The translations under genes were made by a program, and so were the position numbers. Source: Trueperaceae bacterium (GTDB taxonomy: Bacteria; Deinococcota; Deinococci; Deinococcales; Trueperaceae). Taken from it: a stretch of 64,000 nucleotides of DNA. The stretch covers positions 576,001 through 640,000 of the forward strand of contig OZ243956.1 of the NCBI GenBank assembly GCA_965214405.1. The letters run 5' to 3'. Below are positions 38,435 through 48,707 of this stretch, one piece after another; the first letter of the stretch is position 1, and each line of letters begins with the position of its first letter. The notes under the pieces are model-generated. The model was not told the origin of the DNA. It did not search any database and saw only the letters and a program-made list of their open reading frames with translations.

Positions 38435-38725
38435 AGGTTACTAAAAGGCTCAAGCGCGGCGGATCATGCGCGTTTCCGTTGTGACGAGCTACGGAAAAGA
38501 GCGGCATTTTATGGACATGGCCTCGGTGGTTATGTTCAACCTCGCTATACTCTGATGTGACCATGCTCTGACGTATGTTGGTGCTCGGAAGGTGTGCGCC
38601 TAACTATTCTTTTGCACGCGTTAATGACACCCTTTGAAAGTCAGGGTAGCGTCACGTCCGGCCTGAAATGAGGCTGGTCATGACTCATGAAAACGCGAAA
38701 AAGGTCATCTGAAAGGAAGTAACGT

Positions 38726-39343
38726 GTGGATTTAGCGCAACTCGAGGCGGAAGCCAAAGCCTCCAAACCGCCCGCGTTAGAAGGCTTGAGCGACAACTTG
38801 GTCTTTGGCGAGGGCGACCCCGACGCCAACCTCGTCATCATCGGCGAAGCGCCCGGTGAGGACGAGGACCTTCAGGGCCGCCCCTTTGTGGGCCGCTCAG
38901 GGCAACTGCTCGACCGAATTCTGGAGAGCGTCGGCCTCCACCGGGATGACATCTACATCACCAACATCGTCAAGTACCGCCCGCCGGGCAACCGCAACCC
39001 CAAACCCGACGAGATAGCCGCGAGCGAGCCCCTATTAACCGAGCAAATCAAACTTATCCGGCCCCAAATTATCGCCACGTTGGGCAACGTGCCGACGCAG
39101 TATTTTGCGGGCACGAAAGAAGGCATTACCAAAACGCGGGGCAACTGGTTCGAGTGGAACGGGATTCGCGTGATGCCCCTTTTCCACCCCGCTTACTTGC
39201 TGCGCAACCCCTCGCGCGAGCGCAACTCCCCAAAGTGGCTCATGTGGGAGGACATGAAAAAGCTCAAGGAAACGCTCGATGAGCTCGGCCCCAAACCCGC
39301 CAACGTGGTGATCGACAATGCAAAGCAGGAGGGGCTGTTTTAG
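38726..39343 (+). CDS. Uracil-DNA glycosylase family 4
   Basis: IGEAPGEDED, PFVGRSG, TNIVKYRPPGNR and FHPAYLLR motifs. Confidence 0.94.
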   Translation: MDLAQLEAEAKASKPPALEGLSDNLVFGEGDPDANLVIIGEAPGEDEDLQGRPFVGRSGQLLDRILESVGLHRDDIYITNIVKYRPPGNRNPKPDEIAASEPLLTEQIKLIRPQIIATLGNVPTQYFAGTKEGITKTRGNWFEWNGIRVMPLFHPAYLLRNPSRERNSPKWLMWEDMKKLKETLDELGPKPANVVIDNAKQEGLF

Positions 39344-39395
39344 CGGGAGGCGGGAGGTTTTTATTACCGTTCTCGCATCGCTGTGTAGGAGAAGG

Positions 39396-39453
39396 ACCGA
39401 GTACCTAGCACCGAGTTGAAAGTAGTCTCGGTACTCACGACTCGGTACTCGGC
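39396..39453. repeat. Inverted pair of heptamer tandem arrays
   Basis: ACCGAGT ACCTAGC ACCGAGT ... TCTCGGT ACTCACG ACTCGGT ACTCGGC. Confidence 0.65.
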
Positions 39454-39475
39454 CCTCATTTGGTAGGCTGGGCGC

Positions 39476-39760
39476 ATGGCAAATCCGCATTTTATCGGCC
39501 TCGTTCAGTCGCTTCTTTCTACCGCGCAGGCGGCCCTGGGGGAGGCGGACAGTCCGCTGGTGTCCCGGATGGCTCGAGACGGCGTTTTAGCAAGGCGTAG
39601 CGCGCAAAAAAGCCTGGAGCTGCTCGAGATGCTCCAGCAAAAAACGGCGGGTAACTTAGACGAGACCGAGCGCGACGTGATCAACCGGGCGCTCCAGACG
39701 GTGCGGGGGGGGCTTGCGCGCTTCGCGGAGCCCGACGGGGAAAGCTCGAGGAGCAACTAG
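39476..39760 (+). CDS. DUF1844-like protein
   Basis: FIGLVQSL...AALG...LEMLQQKTAGNL pattern. Confidence 0.75.
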   Translation: MANPHFIGLVQSLLSTAQAALGEADSPLVSRMARDGVLARRSAQKSLELLEMLQQKTAGNLDETERDVINRALQTVRGGLARFAEPDGESSRSN

Positions 39761-39762
39761 GG

Positions 39763-40209
39763 GTGCGGGCGCTCCTTCAGCGTGTGGCCTGGGCCAAGGT
39801 CGAGGTAGGCGGCGAGAGGGTCGGCGAAACGGGACCCGGCCTCCTCGTCCTGCTCGGTGTCACGCATGGCGACGGGCCGGACGAGGTCGCGTTTTTGGCG
39901 CGCAAGGTGAGCAAGCTGCGCGTGTTTAACGACGCCGAGGGCAAGATGAATCGGAGCGTGGTGGACGTGGGCGGGGGCGCGTTGGTCGTGAGCCAGTTTA
40001 CGCTCTACGCAGACGCGCGGCGCGGCAACCGTCCGAGTTATGGGGACGCGGCAGCGCCGGAGCAAGCCGAAACGCTCTACGAAAGCTTTATTGAGAGGTT
40101 GAAAGCGTCCGGTCTCCCCGTCGCCTCGGGTCGCTTTGGCGCGGACATGAAGATGAGCTTGCTTAACGACGGGCCGGTGACAATTTTGTTGGACACTGTT
40201 CAGCAGTAA
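39763..40209 (+). CDS. dtd: D-aminoacyl-tRNA deacylase
   Basis: MRALLQRV, SQFTL and NDGPVT motifs. Confidence 0.96.
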   Translation: MRALLQRVAWAKVEVGGERVGETGPGLLVLLGVTHGDGPDEVAFLARKVSKLRVFNDAEGKMNRSVVDVGGGALVVSQFTLYADARRGNRPSYGDAAAPEQAETLYESFIERLKASGLPVASGRFGADMKMSLLNDGPVTILLDTVQQ

Positions 40210-40440
40210 ACTCAATCCGTTTAGGCTCGAGTCACGTCCTTCTTCATCCCAACCAGTTCGCCCTGTCTATTCACTCTGTTACCTCCGCCCCGCCATTTCT
40301 ACCCATTTCTACTACGTCAAAGAAACGACGGAGCCCTCCGGCGTAGTTTGAAAAGATGGTTGAAGCGGTTTTTTGTCGGTTGAGACAGCACATGAGAAGA
40401 AGTTTTGAGAAGCAACCTTTAAGAGGTTTGAAAGGAACGT

Positions 40441-41835
40441 ATGGCTGACGAACGCAACAATCACTACGACGCCGTCGTTATCGGCGCGGGCCAGGCCGGG
40501 GGGCCGCTCGCGGGGGCGCTCGCGGAAGCGGGAAAAAGGGTGGCGCTTATTGAACGCGCGCAGGTGGGGGGCACCTGCGTCAACCGGGGCTGCACGCCCA
40601 CCAAGACGATGGTCGCCAGCGCCAAAGTCGCGCACATGGCGCGGCGGGCAGCGGACTACGGCGTTCAGACCGGCCCCGTGTCGGTGGACATGGAAAGAGT
40701 GCGCGAGCGCAAGCGCGAGATTGTCGAGGAATTTCGCCAGGGAAGCTTAAAAAGCGTTCAGAGAAAAGAAGGGCTCGACTTTATCCGCGGTGAGGCGCGC
40801 TTTACGGGTGAGAGAGCGCTCGAGCTTTCTCTCGAGGACGGGGGCTCTAAAACCGTCACCGCCGAGCAGATTTTTATCAACACGGGTCAGAGCCCCTTTA
40901 TCCCGCCTATGGACGGTCTGGACGGCGTGGACTACCTCACCTCGACCACCGTGATGGAACTCGGCAAGGTGCCCGAACACCTGCTCATTTTGGGCGGCGG
41001 CTATATCGGCATCGAGTTTAGCCAGATGTTCCGGCGCTTTGGCAGCGACGTGACCATCATCCAGCGCGGCAAGCAGCTCTTGGAGCGCGAAGACAAGGAC
41101 GTGGCCGACGCGGTGGCGGACATTTTGCGTGAGGACGGGATCACGGTGCTGCTTAACGCGGACGGCAAGCGCGTGACGGGTGAGGGCGGCGTCACCCTCA
41201 CGGTAGAAGGGCCGGAGGGCGAGAAGACGCTGCGCGGTTCGCACCTATTGGTGGCGGTGGGGCGCAAGACCAACACCGAGAGTTTGGGGCTGGAGAAAGC
41301 GGGCGTCAAAACGGACAAGCGCGGCAACATCGTCGTAGACGAGCACCTCAAAACCAGCGCCGAGGGGATTTACGCGCTGGGCGACGTGAAGGGCGGCCCG
41401 GCATTCACCCACATTTCTTATGACGACTACCGCATCGTCAAGGCGAACGTGCTGAACGGGGAGAACAAGTCCACCAAAGACCGGCTGGTCCCCTACACCG
41501 TGTTTATGGACCCGCAACTGGGCCGCGTCGGGCTTTCAGAAAGCGAGGCGCGCGAGGCGGGTCATAACGTCAAGGTCGCCAAGCTCCAGGCGAGCAGCGC
41601 GGCGAGGGCCATCGAGACGGGCGAGACGCGGGGCTTTATGAAGGCGGTGGTCGACGCCGATACGGGCCAGATTTTGGGCTGCGCGATCCTGACGATGGAG
41701 GGCGGTGAGATTACGGCGGTCTTGCAGGTGGCGATGATGGGCGGGGTGCCTTACACCGCCATCCGCGACGGCGTCTTTTCGCACCCGACGCTGGCCGAGT
41801 CGTTAAATAATTTGTTCTCGAGCTTGACCGGCTAA
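40441..41835 (+). CDS. Pyridine nucleotide-disulfide oxidoreductase (RclA/MerA-like)
   Basis: GAGQAG, GGTCVNRGCTPTK, GGGYIG and HPTLAE motifs. Confidence 0.88.
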   Translation: MADERNNHYDAVVIGAGQAGGPLAGALAEAGKRVALIERAQVGGTCVNRGCTPTKTMVASAKVAHMARRAADYGVQTGPVSVDMERVRERKREIVEEFRQGSLKSVQRKEGLDFIRGEARFTGERALELSLEDGGSKTVTAEQIFINTGQSPFIPPMDGLDGVDYLTSTTVMELGKVPEHLLILGGGYIGIEFSQMFRRFGSDVTIIQRGKQLLEREDKDVADAVADILREDGITVLLNADGKRVTGEGGVTLTVEGPEGEKTLRGSHLLVAVGRKTNTESLGLEKAGVKTDKRGNIVVDEHLKTSAEGIYALGDVKGGPAFTHISYDDYRIVKANVLNGENKSTKDRLVPYTVFMDPQLGRVGLSESEAREAGHNVKVAKLQASSAARAIETGETRGFMKAVVDADTGQILGCAILTMEGGEITAVLQVAMMGGVPYTAIRDGVFSHPTLAESLNNLFSSLTG

Positions 41836-41914
41836 CCCCAAGGAGCGTGGGGCAAAAGCCAAGGGGTGAGGAGACTGGGTTTCCTCACCCGCGTTACCTT
41901 GCATCCTTCAGACC

Positions 41915-43168
41915 TTACGGGGCACCCGACCGAACGCCGACGCTTTGCACCTCTCGCTCACGCCGCGCTTGCAAGGGCGGCGGCGCGGCGGGGCGCGCAA
42001 AAAGAAAGCCTTGGACGAAGTCGGCTCCGTGCTCCTTTAGCCAGGCGTGCTCGCTTTGCGTTTCCACGCCCTCGGCGACTGTTTTTAGGCCCAATTCTTG
42101 CGTGGTCTCGAGCAGCTTGCGCGCCACCAGCGCCCGCGCCGGGTCCTCGTCGACGCCGCGGATGAGGCTCATGTCGAGCTTGACGTAGTCGGGCTTTAGC
42201 AACGTCAGGAGCGACAGGCTCGAAAAGCCCGCGCCCACGTCATCGAGCGCCACGCCGAAGCCGCGCTCGCGGTAGTAGGTGACGATGCTCTTGAGGTGCG
42301 CGAGCTCGGGCAGGCGTTCGCTCTCGATGATTTCAAACACAACCCGCTCGCGGGCGAGCCCGAGTTCGTCCACGAGCCGCACCGTGCTGTCGAGACAACT
42401 GTACGGATTATAGATGGCGTTGGGCGCAAAGTTGACAAAAATCTTTTCTTTAACGCCGTGCTCGGCGGCCCCCAAAAGCGCTGTGCGCCGCGCGGCCAAA
42501 TCGAACTGGAACAAGAGTTCAGCGCCGCGCGCCATCTCCAGCATCGGCCCGGCGGTGACGGTTTCGCCGTCAGCGTCGCCGCGCAGGAGGCATTCGTAAC
42601 CGTGAACCGCTCCGTCTACCGAGAGGATGGGCTGAAACACCACGCGCAAACGGTCCTCGCGCAAGATGCGTAAGAGCCAGTCGGCGCGCACCTTGGCGAC
42701 AAAAGCGCTCAGCGCCTCGACGTCGAAGGGGCCGCCCTGCGTTTCCCCTTCCGGCAAGAAGCGCGCCCGCGCGTCGCGCTTTTCGGGCCAGGAAAGGCGG
42801 TCCATGATGGGCGCGAGTAGAGGAGCCACGCTACCCGGCACGCGGACGCGAATGGTGCCGCCCTGCTCGCTATGTTTCCAGCCCGAGTCGGCGAGAAACC
42901 GCAGCGCCTTGCCGAGCGTGTGCGTGTGACCGAAGCGCAGCTCGAGCACGCCCGGCCCCTCAGTGGTCTGGGGCAGCACCTCGCAGTATTGACAGCCGGG
43001 CGAACCCACAAGCACGTCCTCGGCCAAAGGTAAAGTGATGCCGTGCGCCACGCCCTCGAGCGCCTCCGCCTTGTCGCGTTCACGCGCCCTTGTATCCTTG
43101 GAACCCAAAGGCGGCGCACCATTTTTGAAGACGACAGCGTCTGCCAGCGGTTGCTTGGTCGGTTTCAT
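41915..43168 (-). CDS. EAL-domain c-di-GMP phosphodiesterase
   Basis: FQPI, ECLLR, DDVGAGFSSL, VKLD, AEGVE and QGFLF motifs. Confidence 0.9.
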   Translation of the reverse strand: MKPTKQPLADAVVFKNGAPPLGSKDTRARERDKAEALEGVAHGITLPLAEDVLVGSPGCQYCEVLPQTTEGPGVLELRFGHTHTLGKALRFLADSGWKHSEQGGTIRVRVPGSVAPLLAPIMDRLSWPEKRDARARFLPEGETQGGPFDVEALSAFVAKVRADWLLRILREDRLRVVFQPILSVDGAVHGYECLLRGDADGETVTAGPMLEMARGAELLFQFDLAARRTALLGAAEHGVKEKIFVNFAPNAIYNPYSCLDSTVRLVDELGLARERVVFEIIESERLPELAHLKSIVTYYRERGFGVALDDVGAGFSSLSLLTLLKPDYVKLDMSLIRGVDEDPARALVARKLLETTQELGLKTVAEGVETQSEHAWLKEHGADFVQGFLFARPAAPPPLQARREREVQSVGVRSGAP

Positions 43169-43297
43169 TCCCCCCCTTTCACGTCAAGCCGGTCGGGGAC
43201 GTACCAACCAATAACTCGCGTACGTGAGAAGTAGCTTACAGTACCACGCCCAAACCTTTGCAAATTCGTAAAGGTGATGTGTGAGGTTTTTCCCATC

Positions 43298-43948
43298 TCA
43301 CTCGCCAGATTTTAGATAAAGCCTCGAGTAGAGGAGCCCGCCGCGCCGCCGCCTCTCGCGCAGCAGCGTCAAGCCTTGCACGCGGAGCAGCGGAACCGGG
43401 TCCGCCAACCACGACGCTTCCATGCGGGTGAGCACGTGAAAAAATGTGTAGAGAAGACGCAGCCATAGAGAAGCGTGGACGCGCCGCCAGCCCCGCTCAG
43501 GCACCCGGAAATCGGCCAGATACCAGAGGCCACCTCTCCGGAGGCTCGAGGCCAGTCTGGGCACGAGGCGCGCCAGGGTGGATTGGGTAAACACATCGAG
43601 AAAAAAGAGCGTGACGAGGAGGTCGTAGTGACGGGGCGGGAAGGAAAGCGTGCGCGCGTCCCGGACGAAAAAACGGACGCGCGCGGCTTCGGGTGGGCTC
43701 AAGCGCCGCCGGGCCAGAAAGAGCATCGCGGGGCTCGCGTCCACCACGTCAACACAACAACCTGGATTAACACGCAGCAGGCTCTTCAAAAAGCGCCCGT
43801 CCCCCTCTCCCAAGATGAGCACGCGGCGCGCACGTCTAAGCTCACCCAAAAAGGCGGTGCGGCTGCGCGCGAGGGCAAGGCCGAAGGCGAGGCGCTCGAG
43901 GGCCTCATAGGGTCTCGCAAGCTTGTCGAATCCACCCGGCCCAGCCAC
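43298..43948 (-). CDS. Class I SAM-dependent methyltransferase
   Basis: FDKLARPYEALE, LILGEGDGRFL, VDAS and FFLDVF motifs; start uncertain. Confidence 0.75.
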   Translation of the reverse strand: MAGPGGFDKLARPYEALERLAFGLALARSRTAFLGELRRARRVLILGEGDGRFLKSLLRVNPGCCVDVVDASPAMLFLARRRLSPPEAARVRFFVRDARTLSFPPRHYDLLVTLFFLDVFTQSTLARLVPRLASSLRRGGLWYLADFRVPERGWRRVHASLWLRLLYTFFHVLTRMEASWLADPVPLLRVQGLTLLRERRRRGGLLYSRLYLKSGE

Positions 43949-43961
43949 AAATGCAGCTACC

Positions 43962-44882
43962 CTAGCGCAGCCACAAGGGCCACAAGAGAAAAAGGAGCGG
44001 CGTAAGCAGCGTAACGTCGGCCAGCACCCGTAAGAGAGCGGGACCCACAAAGCGGGCGCGGCCCAAACGGTAAAGTCCGCACAAGAGGAGCGCACTTAGC
44101 GCCACGCACCAGAAGAGGACGTGGGCTTGAACGAAAGAAAGGGTGAGCGCGAGGCCCGCCAAAACGAACGAAGCAAAGAGGAACCACAGACCCGCGCGTG
44201 GAAACCGTAGCGCCAGCGAGGGCTGGCCCTGCGCGCGGTCGCAAGGCGCTTCCCAAAGGGCGATAAACAAGCAGTTGAGCGCGCAGAGCGCGCCAAAAGC
44301 GAGCACCGGAAGAAAGAGTTCTGCGGGGCTCACCCGCGGCAGGAGAAACACCACCACGCCCACGCCAAACAGTCCTCCTACTTGCACCTCTTTGGGCAAA
44401 CAAAAGAGAACGCCGAGAGGCGCGCCTAGAGAGCCAGGCAGACGGCGGTTCAACGAGTCAGGCAAAGTTCGCAGGTGGACGCCCGCAAGGTAAAGGAGCG
44501 CCGCGCCCGCCACGCCAAGGCCCCAACCCAGCTCGGCGCGTGTGAGGCTCAGGGCCAGCCCTGCACTCCCCGCAAGGACCCCCAGCCACACCACAAAAAC
44601 GACCCGCCGGTGGGACGCGTAGAAGCGGTGACGCGTCGTGTGAGGCGCACGTTCGTCAAACTTTAGGCCGTCGAGCAGACGGTCCGCCGCGTAAACGAGC
44701 CAAACCGACGCGCCCAGGGTTACGTAATGATAAAGTTCCAACCTCACCCCGAACGCGCGCGCGAAGAGCCCCTGCCAGAGGAGCGCCACTAAGGGCGCGT
44801 CGAGTGAAAGCGTCGTAGGCAGGGTCCAGACCTCAGCGAGAGGTCGAGACAAAAACCGGGGAAGGACGCGGTTGCGGACCAA
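43962..44882 (-). CDS. UbiA-like multi-pass membrane protein
   Basis: LSLDAP, VWLVYAADRLLD and D-x3-G motifs with many TM segments. Confidence 0.6.
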   Translation of the reverse strand: MVRNRVLPRFLSRPLAEVWTLPTTLSLDAPLVALLWQGLFARAFGVRLELYHYVTLGASVWLVYAADRLLDGLKFDERAPHTTRHRFYASHRRVVFVVWLGVLAGSAGLALSLTRAELGWGLGVAGAALLYLAGVHLRTLPDSLNRRLPGSLGAPLGVLFCLPKEVQVGGLFGVGVVVFLLPRVSPAELFLPVLAFGALCALNCLFIALWEAPCDRAQGQPSLALRFPRAGLWFLFASFVLAGLALTLSFVQAHVLFWCVALSALLLCGLYRLGRARFVGPALLRVLADVTLLTPLLFLLWPLWLR

Positions 44883-45139
44883 GGCCCCTGTATCCTACTC
44901 TCCCGTTTCTCATTAAAAGGTAGCGGCACCCTTCAATCAACCTAGCCTCAGTCAACCTAGTCTCAGGTGAGGAGAAACGGCCCCTCGCCCCCACAGCCTT
45001 TCCTCACACCCTCTACAGCGTCAGCTTTACTTTTATTCCACCTCTTTTGCCTATCTCACCTCTTCCACCGAGCTCCGGTCACGCACACGCCTGACAAAGG
45101 CATGACGCGCTCCCGTTAACCTTTTTTCGGAGGAAAATA

Positions 45140-46021
45140 ATGAAAATCACACTTCTGCTTCTCCTTCTCGTCCCCGCCGCGTTCGCACAAGATACCGTCA
45201 ACGTCGCGGGCTCCTCGACCGTCTACCCCATCACCCTGGGCATGGCCGAAGAATTCAACATCGAAACGGGCACCAACGTGACCGTCCAGTCGACGGGCAC
45301 AGGCGGCGGCTTCGAACTTTTTTGTCGGGGCGATACCGACATCAACGACGCGAGCCGTCTCATCCAGCAAGACGAGGTCGAGGCTTGCCAGGCCAACGGC
45401 ATCAATCCCATCGAGATTTCCGTGGCCTTTGACGCGCTCACCGTCGCGGTCAACCCCGAAAACGATTGGGTCGACTGCATGACCACAGACGAACTCAGAA
45501 TGCTCTGGGAGCCCAACTCGACTGTGACGCAGTGGAGCGACGTCCGTAGCGACTGGCCGAACGAAACCATCAACTTGTTCGGCCCCGCCACCACGAGCGG
45601 CACCTTTGACTACTTTACCGAAACGATCGTCGGCGAGGCGGACGCGAGTCGCACCGACTACTTCCCCAGCGAAGAGGACGAGGTTTTAGCCGAAAACGTG
45701 ACCAACGACCTCTACGCGCTCGTCTACCTGGGCTACGCCTACTACGCAGAGGACACAGACCGCCTCAAGGCGGTTGCCGTGGATTCGGGTGAGGGTTGCG
45801 TCGAGCCTTCGGTTGAAAATATCGAGAACAACACCTATACGCCCCTCTCGCGTCCCCTGTTTATCTACGTGAGCGACCAGGCACTCGAGAACAACCCCGC
45901 CGTCCGCGGCTTCGTCGAAACCTACCTCTCCCCGGACAACCGCGAGATTATCTCGGACACCGGCTACGCGCTGCTTAACGACAGCGTTTACGAAGAGGGT
46001 CTAAGCAAGATTAGCCAGTAA
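45140..46021 (+). CDS. pstS: Phosphate ABC transporter substrate-binding protein
   Basis: GSSTVYP, TGTGGGF, SGTFDYF and YTPLSRPLFIY motifs. Confidence 0.95.
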   Translation: MKITLLLLLLVPAAFAQDTVNVAGSSTVYPITLGMAEEFNIETGTNVTVQSTGTGGGFELFCRGDTDINDASRLIQQDEVEACQANGINPIEISVAFDALTVAVNPENDWVDCMTTDELRMLWEPNSTVTQWSDVRSDWPNETINLFGPATTSGTFDYFTETIVGEADASRTDYFPSEEDEVLAENVTNDLYALVYLGYAYYAEDTDRLKAVAVDSGEGCVEPSVENIENNTYTPLSRPLFIYVSDQALENNPAVRGFVETYLSPDNREIISDTGYALLNDSVYEEGLSKISQ

Positions 46022-46115
46022 TGGGGCGTCCTTAACACGGAATGGTTATGGCGCACCGTTATGGCACATGGTCAGCGCACCGTCAACCCAGGGCTAGACT
46101 GTTGACACGCTACTG

Positions 46116-46179
46116 ACCCACCAAAGTTAAGGTAACCTCCAGAGCACGCCTCCGGAGGTTACACACTATTTTGGTGGGT
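46116..46179 (+). terminator. Extended stem-loop after pstS
   Basis: Outer stem ACCCACCAAA/TTTGGTGGGT, inner stem GTAACCTCC/GGAGGTTAC, T-rich tail. Confidence 0.55.
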
Positions 46180-46378
46180 AGGTTTTTGATGGATAGGTTT
46201 CTTGTAGACGCCTCGCGTTTACGAGACGAGGTGTTGGGGGTGGCGTAAGGCCGGGTCAACGGGGCGGGCTCGAGGCCACCCCCTCACCCCACAAGCGGTT
46301 CAAACAAGAGCGTTCAATGTAGAGCACGTCGTCAAGGTACACAAAAAGATATACGAATATAGGGACAGAACACACGGT

Positions 46379-46436
46379 TAAAACGTTCAGGTAAAACGTT
46401 CAGGTAAAACGTTCAGATAAAACACTCAGGTAAAAC
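46379..46436. repeat. 13-bp tandem repeat (about 4.5 copies) upstream of pstC
   Basis: TAAAACGTTCAGG x2, TAAAACGTTCAGA, TAAAACACTCAGG, TAAAAC. Confidence 0.88.
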
Positions 46437-46483
46437 AGCCCGTAGGCCCGCCTGACAAAGTTCTGATAAAGTATGGAGACGGT

Positions 46484-47407
46484 ATGGTTACCCCCCCCAA
46501 ACTCACCCGACGCGCCAACCGTAACGTAGGCGAGAGCCTGATAGGACTCCTCCTGCTAGTTTGCGCGAGCGTCTCGGTCCTCACGACGCTGGGCGTCATC
46601 GTCGCGCTGGCGAGCGAGACCGTGGGATTTTTCGCGGACCCCGCGGTGACGTTCCGCGAATTTTTTACCGGGCGCGAATGGACGCCGCTCTTCTCAGAAG
46701 CGCAGCAGCACTTTGGCATTTTGCCCCTTTTGGTCGGCACGCTGCTCGTGACGGCCATCGCGCTCGCCGTGGGCGTGCCCTTGGGGCTCGGCTCGGCGGT
46801 GTTTTTGGCCGAGTTCGCCGGGACGCGCACGCGGCGCATCATCGTGCCCGTTTTGGAAATTCTCGCCGGTATCCCCACCGTCGTTTTGGGCTACTTCGCG
46901 CTTCTCACCGTGACGCCCATCTTGCGGTCCTTTATCCCGGGTTTGCAAACCTCCAACGCGCTCTCCGCGGGTCTCGTCATGGGCTTTATGATTATGCCGA
47001 CGGTCAGCAGCATTTCGATCGACGCGATGCGGGCCGTGCCGATAGGCTTGCGCGAGGCCGCATACGGTCTGGGCTCGACCAAGGCGGAGGTGGTGACCAA
47101 GGTCGTGATGCCCGCCGCGCTCTCAGGTATCGTCGCGGCCTTTATCTTGGCGATGTCGCGCGCCATCGGCGAGACGATGATCGTGACCTTGGCGGCGGGC
47201 CAGCGGCCCAACATCACCTTTGACCCGCGGGACACCGTCGAGACGATGACCGCTTTTATCGCCAACGCCGCGCAGGGCGACCAGCCCGCGGGCTCGCTCG
47301 GCTCGCGCTCGCTCTACGCGGTCGGGGCCACGCTCTTCTTTGTGACGCTCCTCCTTAACGTCATTTCGCAGCAGGTCGTGCGCCGCTTTTCAGAGAAGTA
47401 CGAGTGA
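46484..47407 (+). CDS. pstC: Phosphate ABC transporter permease
   Basis: LAGIPTVVLG, EAAYGLG and SRAIGETM motifs. Confidence 0.95.
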   Translation: MVTPPKLTRRANRNVGESLIGLLLLVCASVSVLTTLGVIVALASETVGFFADPAVTFREFFTGREWTPLFSEAQQHFGILPLLVGTLLVTAIALAVGVPLGLGSAVFLAEFAGTRTRRIIVPVLEILAGIPTVVLGYFALLTVTPILRSFIPGLQTSNALSAGLVMGFMIMPTVSSISIDAMRAVPIGLREAAYGLGSTKAEVVTKVVMPAALSGIVAAFILAMSRAIGETMIVTLAAGQRPNITFDPRDTVETMTAFIANAAQGDQPAGSLGSRSLYAVGATLFFVTLLLNVISQQVVRRFSEKYE

Positions 47408-47411
47408 AGGT

Positions 47412-48707
47412 GTGAGTATGGACTCGAGCCGCAACGTTCCCGCCTCTACGCCCCAGCCTCAGGGCGGGCGGGGCGCGTCAAAAACCCTTTTGGGCTCCGA
47501 AGAGCGCGCCCGCCTGAGACGGCGGCAGCGGCGCGAGGGCGTCTTGCGCGCCGTGACCTTTGTGCCGATGGTGCTGGGCCTGCTGCTCATCTTGTTCGTG
47601 TTCGCCTCGAACATCAACCGGATATTCTCCTGGCAGCTCGTCCAACCGGCCTCGTCCTCGAGCGGCGAGCTTTTTCCGCGGAGCGAGGTCGAGAGCGACC
47701 GGGACGCGCTTAGGCTCGAGCTTTTGGCCCAAGGCGAGACGGCGGAAGCCAACGAGGCGCTCTTCGGCGACGCCGAAACGCTGCGTAAATTCAACCGGCG
47801 CAACCGCGTGGACTATCTCCCCTACGCCAACGGCGAAACGGATCAGGTCTACGTTTGGGCCTTGAGAGACGACATCGAGGAGCAGTACGGTTATATTCAA
47901 GGCCGCGCCAACCGCAGCGCGCTCCTCGCCGAGGCCGAGGCGGAGGGTTACAACCTCCTGCTCAACCCCACCTTGGACCGCGAATTTTTGCTGCGCGGCA
48001 ACTCCCGGAGCCCGCAGATGACCGGGTTTTACAACGCCATGATAGGAACGCTGTGGGTGATCGGCCTGGTACTCCTCTTTTCCGCGCTCATCGGGATAGG
48101 AAGCGCTATCTACCTCGAGGAATATGCGCCTAAAGGATGGTTCTCCTCCTTTTTAGAGGTCAACCTGCGAAACTTAGCCGGGGTGCCCAGCATCGTCTAC
48201 GGGATTTTGGGCCTATACGTGTTCGTGCGCTCTCTCGCGCTCGGGCGCAGCGTCATCTCCGCGGCGCTAACGCTCACGCTGCTCATTTTGCCCGTCGTCA
48301 TCATCGCCTCGCGCGAGGCGATCCGCGCGGTGCCGAGCTCGTTGCGGCAGGCGAGCTACGGCTTAGGCGCGACAAGGTGGCAGACCGTGAGCCGCGTGGT
48401 CTTGCCCAACGCGGTTTCGGGCATCGTCACCGGGGTGATTTTGGCGGTAGCCAGGGCCATCGGCGAAACCGCGCCCCTGCTTCTCGTCGGCGGCGCGGGG
48501 CTCGTCACCACGGTGCCGGGGGGCTGGGACGTGCTTAAAGACACCTTCACCGTGATGCCCCTACAAATCTACACCTATTTCGGCCTGCCCAACCAAGACG
48601 CCTTTTTACCCGTGGCGTCGGCGGGCATCCTCATCTTGCTGGCGATTTTAATTTTCATCTACCTTCTCGCGTTCGTCGTGCGGACGCGGTTCGAGCGCAA
48701 GTGGTGA
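47412..48707 (+). CDS. pstA: Phosphate ABC transporter permease with a large extracytoplasmic insertion
   Basis: NLAGVPSIVYG, ASYGLGATRWQ and ARAIGETAP motifs. Confidence 0.93.
   Translation: MSMDSSRNVPASTPQPQGGRGASKTLLGSEERARLRRRQRREGVLRAVTFVPMVLGLLLILFVFASNINRIFSWQLVQPASSSSGELFPRSEVESDRDALRLELLAQGETAEANEALFGDAETLRKFNRRNRVDYLPYANGETDQVYVWALRDDIEEQYGYIQGRANRSALLAEAEAEGYNLLLNPTLDREFLLRGNSRSPQMTGFYNAMIGTLWVIGLVLLFSALIGIGSAIYLEEYAPKGWFSSFLEVNLRNLAGVPSIVYGILGLYVFVRSLALGRSVISAALTLTLLILPVVIIASREAIRAVPSSLRQASYGLGATRWQTVSRVVLPNAVSGIVTGVILAVARAIGETAPLLLVGGAGLVTTVPGGWDVLKDTFTVMPLQIYTYFGLPNQDAFLPVASAGILILLAILIFIYLLAFVVRTRFERKW

Noticed and set aside
40441..41835. Mercuric reductase merA
   Set aside because: No C-terminal cysteine pair, no N-terminal metal-binding domain and no mer genes nearby.
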